In this document: positions 20,247 through 28,624 of the stretch, piece by piece | Position numbering within the stretch: the stretch's first letter is position 1 | How the letters are laid out: each line of letters opens with the position of its first letter | NCBI GenBank assembly: GCA_048885525.1 | Contig: JBHLLP010000012.1 | Span: 5,721 to 69,720 of the forward strand | Length of the DNA: 64,000 bases | Source: Candidatus Hermodarchaeota archaeon | GTDB taxonomy: Archaea > Asgardarchaeota > Lokiarchaeia > Sigyniarchaeales > SOKP01 | Direction: 5' to 3' | The notes under the pieces: generated by a model | What the model was told of the DNA's origin: nothing | Databases searched by the model: none | What the model saw: only the letters and a program-made list of their open reading frames with translations | Position numbers and translations under genes: made by a program

Positions 20247-20341
20247 ATTACTAAACTCCTTTTTTTACATTTTTGTATTAATTTTTACTTTTAAATTTAA
20301 TTTATTAATAGCTTTATTAGTGTTTAAAAAATTCACACATC

Positions 20342-21223
20342 TTAGGTTGTTAATTTCTGAATTAACTTATTCGGTTTAACACTTCTGTTCTTCAAACTGA
20401 GATCTTGAAGATCAACTCCTAAAGCGACCGCAATAATTTCGGGTAAATATAGGATAGGAATATCAAGTTCCTTTCCCGTCTTTCGAGAAATTAATTTTTC
20501 CTTCCTATCATATTGAGTCACACAAGCGGGGCATACCGCAATTAGGGCATCAACATCTTGCTCAAGTTCACATAATTCCGTCATCTTATCCTCAACAAGT
20601 TTTTCGCCTATTTCTTCTTGTAATCGGGCGCAAAAACCGCAGCATTCTAATTTATTTGCAAACTCAATCGTTTTAGCACCAAGTGCTTGAAGAATATTAT
20701 CGATTTTTTCAGGTTTCTCGGGATGATCAAACTGCATAATTTTACTTGGTCTAACAAGATGGCAGCCATAATGCACAGCGAGAGTTAAGTCGTCAAGGGG
20801 TTTAACTGTTAAATCTTTAAGTTTTTCTATCCATTCTGGCTGACTAAACAGTTCTACAAAATGATACACTTTAGTTTTTCCAGTATAGTGATAGTTAATC
20901 TTCTTTAATATCCTATCTATTTTTTCCAAATATTCTTCATCTTCTTCTAATAACACACTTACCGTTTTTAATGTTTCATAGCAACCTGAACAGATGGTAA
21001 GGATATCCAAACCCATTTTTTCAGCAATGGCTAGATTTCGTGCTCCTAAAGTGACCCATGTATCAATATTTAATGATTGAAGAGATACAGGTTCAGGGCA
21101 ACAACTTACTCCTTCCATTTCTTTCAATTTCATATCTAAAATGCTTGCGACATCTCGAAATGCTTTCTCTAAATGAGGCATCTTTAAAGGTATTGTACAT
21201 CCTAAATATAATGCAAGTTCCAT
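20342..21223 (-). CDS. hdrB: Heterodisulfide reductase subunit B (two CCG domains)
   Basis: 293 aa. YLGCTIP, GVSCCPEP, ICSGC, HYGCH, LECCGF, VCPAC. Confidence 0.8.
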   Translation of the reverse strand: MELALYLGCTIPLKMPHLEKAFRDVASILDMKLKEMEGVSCCPEPVSLQSLNIDTWVTLGARNLAIAEKMGLDILTICSGCYETLKTVSVLLEEDEEYLEKIDRILKKINYHYTGKTKVYHFVELFSQPEWIEKLKDLTVKPLDDLTLAVHYGCHLVRPSKIMQFDHPEKPEKIDNILQALGAKTIEFANKLECCGFCARLQEEIGEKLVEDKMTELCELEQDVDALIAVCPACVTQYDRKEKLISRKTGKELDIPILYLPEIIAVALGVDLQDLSLKNRSVKPNKLIQKLTT

Positions 21224-21225
21224 TT

Positions 21226-21756
21226 TTAATCATCCTCCTTTTTTTTTGCGAGATCTCCTAATCCCGTTTCTTCTATTATATATCTAATTTCATCTAGATT
21301 AGGGGGTATAAGTTGGGGTAACCCCATCCTACTTCTTCTTCTATCAATATTATCTTTTAAGCCACCAGTATAAGGTACTACATATCCATTATCATAGATT
21401 GTAACAACAGTTCCTGAATATTCTTTGGGAATTTTTCCCAATTTAACTGCCATGTTACGAAGAAGAGCAAGAATAAAAGAGTAATCTACATTCTTTGGAC
21501 ATCTTTCAGTGCATCTATGGCATAAAGAACACGTCCAAATTGCTTGACTTGAAAGAACTTCATCTTTTAAACCTAAAAGACAGGATGCAACAACTCTATG
21601 TGGTTGCATATCAACATATTCCGTTACAGTACAGCCTGAGCTACATACACCACATTGGATACAGTTTAGAAGTGATTTTGCACCAACTTTTTGACTAATT
21701 TCATAACGAAAATTATGATCTAAATTTTTAGCATCTTTTTTCATCATTTCTGACAT
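21226..21756 (-). CDS. hdrC: Heterodisulfide reductase subunit C (2x[4Fe-4S])
   Basis: 176 aa. CIQCGVCSSGC and CSLCHRCTERCP. 2-nt spacers to both hdrA and hdrB. Confidence 0.8.
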   Translation of the reverse strand: MSEMMKKDAKNLDHNFRYEISQKVGAKSLLNCIQCGVCSSGCTVTEYVDMQPHRVVASCLLGLKDEVLSSQAIWTCSLCHRCTERCPKNVDYSFILALLRNMAVKLGKIPKEYSGTVVTIYDNGYVVPYTGGLKDNIDRRRSRMGLPQLIPPNLDEIRYIIEETGLGDLAKKKEDD

Positions 21757-21758
21757 TT

Positions 21759-24700
21759 TTAAGCAGCCTCCTTAGCTTTTTGTTTTTTTTCAATTTTATC
21801 ACCTGTTTTAGGAAGTGGTCCTAATTCTTTAATTTGATTAACAAACTCAGTGATAACTTGAGAAAATCGTTTTCCTTCTGAAGCGCTTATCCATTCAAGA
21901 TGATATCTATCGGAATTGATGCCAACACTTTCAAGTATATCTTTAAGCTCATTGTAACGTTGTAACATGTCATAATTTCCTTCTAAATAGTGACAGTCAC
22001 CGATATGACATCCTCCAACAAACACACCGTCAGCACCTTCCAAAAATGCTTGTAAAATAAAGCTTTTGGGTATTCTGCCAGTACACATCACTCGTATTGG
22101 TCGAATATTAGTTGGATATTGAAAGCGGCTTACACCACATGTGTCAGCACCAGCATAACTACACCAATTACATAAGAAAGTTACGATTCTAGGCCTTTCA
22201 TCTAAATATTCACCCTTGACAGCTTCACGGATCATAGGATAAATTTGATTATCTGCGAAATGACTCATTGTTATCGCTCCTGCGGGACATGCAGCCGAAC
22301 AATCGCCACAACCTTTACATAAAAGAGGATTAGTTTCTGAAACTAAAACATTTTTATCAAAGTTAACTCCTATAGCTCCAAAGTTGCAAACTTCTTCACA
22401 TTTTTGACATGCAATACATAGTGCTGGATCAACAAGCGATACGAGCGGTTCATTTTCCACTTCTCCTGAGATTAATGGAATTAAAGCATGAGCTGCCGCA
22501 CCTCTACCTTGTGAGATTGAATCTGCAATTCCTTTGGGACCATGGCAAGTTCCTGCTAGGTATATACCATCAGTTGCAAAATCTACTGGTCTTAATTTAA
22601 TATGAGCTTCTAAGAAAAAACCATTTTGATCTCGAGCACATTTTATCATCTCACCTAATTTTTGAGTATCATGAGGTATTAAGGGTGTAGATAAAACTAC
22701 TTTGTCAGTCTCAATAGTAAGGTTAGTTTGAGTTAGAATATCTTTAACCATTACATTCAATTTACCATTTTTAACATCAACAGTAGGATATTCGTTAAAA
22801 CGTATATAGTTTACATTCTCACGTGCTTCCCAGTAAAAAGGTTCTTCATTGGTCCCTACTCGGATATCTCTATATAAAACATAAATAGTTGAGTGTGGAT
22901 ATGTTTCTCTTACGTATAAAGCATGTCTGATTGACTCTGAACAACAAATTAATGAACAATATGTGACCCCATTTCCACCTTCTGGTTGTCTAGAACCCAC
23001 ACAATGGATAAAAACAAGAGTTTCTCCATCTTTTAGTTCATTATTCCTAAGTTTTTCAGATAATTCAAGTTGTGTCATAACATTATTATTTTCACCATAA
23101 TGAAACCATCCAATGGGTTTATACTCATAAGCACCAGTAGCAGCTATAATTGTACCAATATTCAAACTAATATCTTTCCCTTCAAAATTGTTTGTAACTC
23201 TGACTTTAAAATCTCCAATAGATCCTTTCACATCAGTAACTTCAGAATTTAAATAAATAGTAACATTCTTATGTTCATTGAATTCTTTTAACTCTGCTTC
23301 TATAAACTCCTTTGAGTCAATTCTATCGAAATTGATTTTATAGATTGAGTTTAATTGCCCTCCTAGTTTATCATCTTTTTCTATTAAATGCACTTTAAAG
23401 CCCTTATTGGCGATTTCCAGAGCTGCACTCATTCCAGCTATCCCTCCACCTATTACCATTGCTTCGGGAATAACATTACCTTTAATTTTTAACTCTGCTT
23501 TTTGTGCTGCTACACGAGCAACACCCATTCTGATAAGGTCCTTTGCTTTATCGGTTGCTTTAGGGTTATCATTCATATGTACCCATGAATCTAACTCTCT
23601 AATACTTACGAAATTAAACAAATATTCATTTAAACCTGCTTCCCTAATGGTCTTTTGGAATAATGGTTCGTGAGTTCTTGGTGTACATGCTGCAACTACA
23701 ACCCTATTTAAGTTTAATTCTTCTATCTTTTCTTTTATAATGTCTTGGGTTAATTGTGAGCAGCTATACTTATTTTCCATTGAATAAACTACATTTGGAA
23801 GTGTTTTTGTATAATCAACTAATTTAGGAACATCCATATATCCTGCAATATTAACACCACAGCGACATATGAATACACCAATTCGAGGTTGATCCTTTGG
23901 ATTTATGGGTTTAAGAGGAGGAAGATCTACTTTCGTTTCTTCGGCACTTAATGGAACAGCATGAGTTGCTGCTAAAGCTGCTGCTCCACCCGCCTTTGCC
24001 ACCGAATTTGCAATATCATCAGGAGATTGGCATGAACCAGTCACATATATTCCTTCTCTTGTAGAACATAGATCTTCTATAGAATCTTTGGTTTTGAAAA
24101 ACCCGAAATCATTTTGTTCAATTCCTAGTATCTTCGCTAATTGTTCAGTGTCTTTTCGGGGAGTAACAGCATTTGCAAGGACAACTAGGTCAAATTCACT
24201 AACTTCAACCTCACCGGTATCAAGGTTTGCATGCTTAACATATAGATTATGATTTTCTGGATTTTCACGGATATCTCCAGGAATTCCTCTATAATACAAT
24301 ATATTATACTCCTCTTTAGCTCTTTCAATAAACTCCTCTTGATTTTTTCCTATAACTCTAGTATCGTTGAAGAAGATCGTTACATTTGTATCGGGAGCAT
24401 GCTCTCTCGTAACTACTCCTTCTTTAGTTTGATACATACAACAAAATTTAGAGCAATAAGGACATAAATCTATGTTTCTCGAACCTACACAACTAATAAA
24501 ACCTATATTATACGCATGCTCCTTATCTGAGGGTCTTAATATTTCACCTTCAGTAGGACCAGATGCACTTAGTAATCGTTCATACTGCATCGCAGTAATA
24601 ACATTTGGATATTCCCCATAATGATAACGATCAAGAACACTAGGGTCTAGTTGATCATATCCAGTAGCACAAATGATAGATGCTACGTTATACTCAACAA

Positions 24701-25241
24701 TTTCATCTTTCATATCCCAATTAATAGCTCCTGCCTCACATTCTTTTTCACAGAGTTTGCAAGCGTTTTTCGTAAAAAATAAGCATCTTTCTGCATCAAT
24801 GACTGCTTTTCTTGGTACTGCTTGCGGAAATGGAATATAAATAGCTGTACGATAACCCATACCTTCTTCAAATTCTGAAGGTATTTTTTTCATAGGACAT
24901 TTCTCCATACATTGTCCACAACCAGTGCACACATCCCAATCAACATATCTAGACTTTTTAAGTACTTTTATGTTAAAATTTCCAGCTTCACCTGAAATTT
25001 CCTGTATTTCTGAATATGCTATGAGTTCTACATTAGGATGCCTAGACACTTCTACCATTTTAGGAGCCAGAATACATATACTGCAGTCTAATGTTGGAAA
25101 GGTTTTATCGAGTTGTGCCATTCGGCCTCCAACAGAAGGAGTTTTTTCAACAAGAATTACTTTATATCCTTGTTCAGCTAAAGTTAATGCTGCTTCGATT
25201 CCACTAATACCTGCACCGATAATTAATATTTTACTATTCAT
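21759..25241 (-). CDS. hdrA: Tandem HdrA-HdrA-MvhD fusion protein (flavin/Fe-S electron-bifurcation-type subunit)
   Basis: 1160 aa. First FAD module GAGISG (res 8-13) with CTGCGQCMEKCP and CVGSR...CPYCSKFCC. HdrA N-terminal-type FICRCGVNI (res 458-466). Second FAD module GGGIAG (598-603) with CVGSR...YCSLICC. 2x[4Fe-4S] CIACQKCEEVC and CKGCGDCSAACP. MvhD domain (about 1017-1140) with FLCNWCSYAGADTCG and GGCHIGDCH. Confidence 0.85.
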   Translation of the reverse strand: MNSKILIIGAGISGIEAALTLAEQGYKVILVEKTPSVGGRMAQLDKTFPTLDCSICILAPKMVEVSRHPNVELIAYSEIQEISGEAGNFNIKVLKKSRYVDWDVCTGCGQCMEKCPMKKIPSEFEEGMGYRTAIYIPFPQAVPRKAVIDAERCLFFTKNACKLCEKECEAGAINWDMKDEIVEYNVASIICATGYDQLDPSVLDRYHYGEYPNVITAMQYERLLSASGPTEGEILRPSDKEHAYNIGFISCVGSRNIDLCPYCSKFCCMYQTKEGVVTREHAPDTNVTIFFNDTRVIGKNQEEFIERAKEEYNILYYRGIPGDIRENPENHNLYVKHANLDTGEVEVSEFDLVVLANAVTPRKDTEQLAKILGIEQNDFGFFKTKDSIEDLCSTREGIYVTGSCQSPDDIANSVAKAGGAAALAATHAVPLSAEETKVDLPPLKPINPKDQPRIGVFICRCGVNIAGYMDVPKLVDYTKTLPNVVYSMENKYSCSQLTQDIIKEKIEELNLNRVVVAACTPRTHEPLFQKTIREAGLNEYLFNFVSIRELDSWVHMNDNPKATDKAKDLIRMGVARVAAQKAELKIKGNVIPEAMVIGGGIAGMSAALEIANKGFKVHLIEKDDKLGGQLNSIYKINFDRIDSKEFIEAELKEFNEHKNVTIYLNSEVTDVKGSIGDFKVRVTNNFEGKDISLNIGTIIAATGAYEYKPIGWFHYGENNNVMTQLELSEKLRNNELKDGETLVFIHCVGSRQPEGGNGVTYCSLICCSESIRHALYVRETYPHSTIYVLYRDIRVGTNEEPFYWEARENVNYIRFNEYPTVDVKNGKLNVMVKDILTQTNLTIETDKVVLSTPLIPHDTQKLGEMIKCARDQNGFFLEAHIKLRPVDFATDGIYLAGTCHGPKGIADSISQGRGAAAHALIPLISGEVENEPLVSLVDPALCIACQKCEEVCNFGAIGVNFDKNVLVSETNPLLCKGCGDCSAACPAGAITMSHFADNQIYPMIREAVKGEYLDERPRIVTFLCNWCSYAGADTCGVSRFQYPTNIRPIRVMCTGRIPKSFILQAFLEGADGVFVGGCHIGDCHYLEGNYDMLQRYNELKDILESVGINSDRYHLEWISASEGKRFSQVITEFVNQIKELGPLPKTGDKIEKKQKAKEAA

Positions 25242-25804
25242 AATTATTCTATTTCAATTTTTCTTTAGATTTTATTGTAATTTATTAATTTGTTAGAAAT
25301 ATTCAATCAAATTTGAAAATTGTTTTTAATTTTGATAAGACATTTATATATTTTTTAATGACTATCTACGACAAAAATATTAATAAGGCTTTCTATTTAT
25401 AACTAATTTCAAAAATTCAAGGTTTATACTTTTTAGAAAAAGTTACTCATAGATCAAGCTTTCTAAAAAAGTTATCGAATATAGGAACCTTTTGTATAAA
25501 ACTTGAAAGTTAAATAAATGACAATTTTCGTAAATAAGAATACTTTTTTGTGATAATTTTTTTTTTTTTGAAAAATTAGCAATATACGTTAAGCATCAGA
25601 AGAATAACGTAAAAATCTGTTAATCTAATTGTTCATTAATTTCCTTATTTATATACGAAAACTTGAAAAAATACTTAAGATTTTAATATTTAAAGCATAA
25701 AATAACTTATTAATAAAAAATTAATTAATATCTTGGTAATATTCTACTATATAAATATTTAAAGTAAAATCTAAATGTTCATTGCATTATTAAAATTTTG
25801 GTGA

Positions 25805-26491
25805 AAAAGTATTAAAATTCTTGTTTCTGGGCCACTTCAATCAGGAAAGTCAAGTTATATTAAAGCTTTAGACGATAATGCATTGAATGTTGAAGCACAA
25901 GGTAAAGACCAGAAGTTTTATACAGTTGCGATGGATTTAGGATGCGTTAAATTAAATGGATTTGAATGTTACTTATTTGGTACACCGGGTCTTTTGCGGT
26001 TTTCTGTAATGAGAAATATCGTTACTAATGGTAGTGATGGATTAGTTTTTATATTCGATGCTGCTGCTCCTGAAAAAGATGATAGTGCAATTATGATATT
26101 AAATTCTATTAGAAAAATATTACCGACCAATATCCCAACTGTTTTTTTGGCAAACAAACAAGATGTTGAAGGTGCTCGAACCCCAGAAGTTATCCGATCA
26201 CAGAATTATTTACCCGAAGATAGTAGAATCTTTCCAACAAGTTCAAAAACAGGATTAAACATAAGAGAATCTATTACACACTTAGTTAATCATATATATG
26301 AAAAATATTCATCATTACTACAAACTCTTCGTGTGTATGAGAATGATATTGAAGGTTTAGCTGAAGAATTAAAAAAAGATACAATTCAAATGCGAGATTT
26401 CTTAAATAATTTAGAAATTAAACGATTTATTGAAATAGATAGGATTTCTAAAACATATAAGGTACGACAAGGATTAAAATATTTAGTATAA
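25805..26491 (+). CDS. Small GTPase (COG2229/CvnD-like) with C-terminal winged-helix-like tail; start codon unresolved, possible frameshift or pseudogene
   Basis: The track ORF starts at TTG 25883. However, the same frame upstream to 25805 encodes KSIKILVSGPLQSGKSSYIKALDDNA, the P-loop (GPLQSGKS). Downstream motifs are LFGTPGLLRF (G3) and LANKQDVEG (G4). There is no ATG/GTG/TTG between the in-frame TGA at 25802 and TTG 25883. Confidence 0.7.
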   Translation, partial: KSIKILVSGPLQSGKSSYIKALDDNALNVEAQGKDQKFYTVAMDLGCVKLNGFECYLFGTPGLLRFSVMRNIVTNGSDGLVFIFDAAAPEKDDSAIMILNSIRKILPTNIPTVFLANKQDVEGARTPEVIRSQNYLPEDSRIFPTSSKTGLNIRESITHLVNHIYEKYSSLLQTLRVYENDIEGLAEELKKDTIQMRDFLNNLEIKRFIEIDRISKTYKVRQGLKYLV

Positions 26492-26501
26492 TTAGCTCTT
26501 T

Positions 26502-28388
26502 TTAATTAGCTCTTTTTCTAAATAACAACGGGGAAATTTCTTCTCTGCCATAGTCTTTTATTAAGTTCGCTAATTCTATCCTGTGGTTATTAAGAATATC
26601 CCAAAAAAATTCTGGTACTCCCTCTTCTTTTTTATAAATCGCTTCAATGCGATCAAATTTTTCTAAAACTTTTTTGGGTTTTATAGAAAATTGTTCAATA
26701 TAATGCTCTTCTTGATAATCTTCATTAAGATATTGTTTAAACAATGTTCTTAAATCCATATACTCTGGAATATAACCAATGGGTGTTGTTATAGCTTTAA
26801 AATCATTATGAATTCGCCCTTCAGCCCAGATTACCCAACATAATTTATCTAAAATCCCGTTTAAATATTTTCCTTCTTTATTTTTAAGAAAATAATTAGT
26901 AGCAAATACTTTTGGGGGATGTTCTAATCTATTGCCAAATTTTTGATGATTTTTGAGGTATTTTCCCAAACTAACAACCATGAAGTCAAGATTGGCCATG
27001 GGTTGTTGCATCCTCACCCCTTCAGCACCTAGAGTTGCAGAGGTTGTTTCAGATTCAATTGAAGCCCCTAGAAAAACTCCATGCTCCCAATTTTTACTTT
27101 CTAGTACAGGTGGCATAGTATCGCTATCTCGCCCTCCATAAAGAATACCATGTACTGGTACTCCATCTGGGTTATGTAAATTGGGATCTGCGTTATTTAA
27201 TTGTTCAATACCAATTGTGTAACGAGCGTTTGGGTGTGCATGAGGAATTTCTTTACCATCTCTATCTTTTTTTCCTTTAAACCAATTTCCTGAAAAATTG
27301 AATCCATCATCTGGGGTTGACCTTCCATCTCCAATCCAATAAGGAGTTCCATCTTTTAATAAAACATTTGAAAAGATAGTTTCCCGAGGTGTTGTAAGGG
27401 CTTCAAAAATTACTGGATCATCTTTTGCATTTACATCTTTAATGATTCCAAAGATACCCTTCTCAATATTTACTGCATGTGCATAACCGTCATTCCAAAC
27501 TCTAAGATATGCAATATCATCTCCTATTATACTTTGCCCCGGTAACATAGCAGTACTAGTTTTACCACATGCAGAAGGAAAAGCACCACAGAAATATGAA
27601 ACTCTAGATGTTCCTTTTGGATGAACACCCATTAAGAAGTAATGTTCTGATAACCAATCTTCATTGTTAGCCTTGTAAATTGCTAAACGTAAGGCGAGCT
27701 TTTTTAATCCGAGCGAATTTCCAGCATATTGATTATTTACTGAAAGCACACATCCTTCTTTTAAATCTATATAAACTCTTCTTTTATCAAGATTTTTAGT
27801 TACTGGAGGATCTCCAGTTAGTTCACCCGAAGAGTGAATGAAATAGAAGAAATTATTAGACCCATTTAATCTTTTGAATTCCTCATACCCTGCTCTATAT
27901 AGAAGATCTTCTGAATGAGCAACATAAAAAGAATCGGTTAATTGAAGAGCAAGTATTGAGAATTCTGAATTTTTTGGACCTAAACAAAAAAATCGTACTA
28001 CACACTCATGGTCTTTCATACACCCATCCATGATTTCTAAGATTTCTTTTAATCCTTTTTCTCTTTCCATCGTATTTATCCAAGGGTATGCATCTATTTC
28101 ATCTTTAGGCACTAAAACTTGAGTATTATCTTTATCTCTTGCTTGATCATGATTTGACATTGTAAAAAATCCATCAAAATGGTTTGTGTGCCCCTCAATT
28201 GCTAATATTAGCTCTTCCCCGAGATTAATTGCTTTTTGTCTGCAGTAATCAATATCGTCTTTAGAATCCGTTATAACTGTCACTTTAGATGGTTTACATA
28301 AAGATACAAATTCGTTTACGATTTTTAAGATATGTTTATTATTTAAAGTCTTAATCTTTTCAAGATTATTGTTATCAATAACTTCCAT
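26502..28388 (-). CDS. pckG: Phosphoenolpyruvate carboxykinase (GTP)
   Basis: 628 aa. GAFPSACGKTS kinase-1a motif, IGDDIAY, and overall GTP-PEPCK length and pattern. Confidence 0.85.
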   Translation of the reverse strand: MEVIDNNNLEKIKTLNNKHILKIVNEFVSLCKPSKVTVITDSKDDIDYCRQKAINLGEELILAIEGHTNHFDGFFTMSNHDQARDKDNTQVLVPKDEIDAYPWINTMEREKGLKEILEIMDGCMKDHECVVRFFCLGPKNSEFSILALQLTDSFYVAHSEDLLYRAGYEEFKRLNGSNNFFYFIHSSGELTGDPPVTKNLDKRRVYIDLKEGCVLSVNNQYAGNSLGLKKLALRLAIYKANNEDWLSEHYFLMGVHPKGTSRVSYFCGAFPSACGKTSTAMLPGQSIIGDDIAYLRVWNDGYAHAVNIEKGIFGIIKDVNAKDDPVIFEALTTPRETIFSNVLLKDGTPYWIGDGRSTPDDGFNFSGNWFKGKKDRDGKEIPHAHPNARYTIGIEQLNNADPNLHNPDGVPVHGILYGGRDSDTMPPVLESKNWEHGVFLGASIESETTSATLGAEGVRMQQPMANLDFMVVSLGKYLKNHQKFGNRLEHPPKVFATNYFLKNKEGKYLNGILDKLCWVIWAEGRIHNDFKAITTPIGYIPEYMDLRTLFKQYLNEDYQEEHYIEQFSIKPKKVLEKFDRIEAIYKKEEGVPEFFWDILNNHRIELANLIKDYGREEISPLLFRKRAN

Positions 28389-28590
28389 TTTATCTTTTTT
28401 TGCTCATTATATTGTTGAATCAATTCATTATGACTCTAGAGGTGTTACAAGAAAAGTTTTGAACTTTTTTAATTTTTGTTTTTTATTCTGTTATGGTTGT
28501 TAGCTTCAGTTAAAGAATTGGGAAGATATAAATCTCGAAATCGTGCTAAATTTGAATTTAGTTCATTCAATAGATATTAAATTGATAATA

Positions 28591-28611
28591 AAACAAAAAA
28601 GAAATAAAAAA
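28591..28611 (-). terminator. Oligo-T tracts downstream of the thermosome gene (archaeal-type terminator candidate)
   Basis: The minus strand reads TTTTTTATTTCTTTTTTGTTT starting 14 nt after the TAA stop (28625-28627). Confidence 0.4.
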
Positions 28612-28624
28612 GATTTAGTAGTTA

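Noticed and set aside
18666-20379. Plus-strand ORFs overlapping metF, metV and the spacer (18666-18875, 18694-19101, 18909-19232, 19603-19866, 19692-19925, 20020-20379) and minus ORF 19457-19678
   Set aside because: They overlap well-supported metF and metV reading frames, in antisense or in an alternative frame, and carry no motifs.
21759-25296. Plus-strand track ORFs inside hdrA (22409-22600, 23070-23252, 23407-23673, 24249-24467, 24925-25296)
   Set aside because: They lie antisense to a 1160-aa ORF with unmistakable HdrA/MvhD motifs. They have low-complexity composition and no motifs, so they are shadow ORFs.
25802-25804. In-frame TGA upstream of the GTPase P-loop read as selenocysteine or other recoding
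   Set aside because: The position is a non-conserved N-terminal extension with no redox motif. I see no SECIS-like structure that I could defend by eye. A homopolymer error or alternative initiation is simpler, so it is kept only as a remote option in the finding.
28489-28570. Slightly GC-richer patch (ggttgttagcttcagttaaagaattgggaag...) considered as a tRNA or small RNA
   Set aside because: There is no acceptor-stem complementarity, no GTTCRANYC T-loop and no plausible anticodon arm. It lies in the pckG promoter / thermosome terminator spacer.
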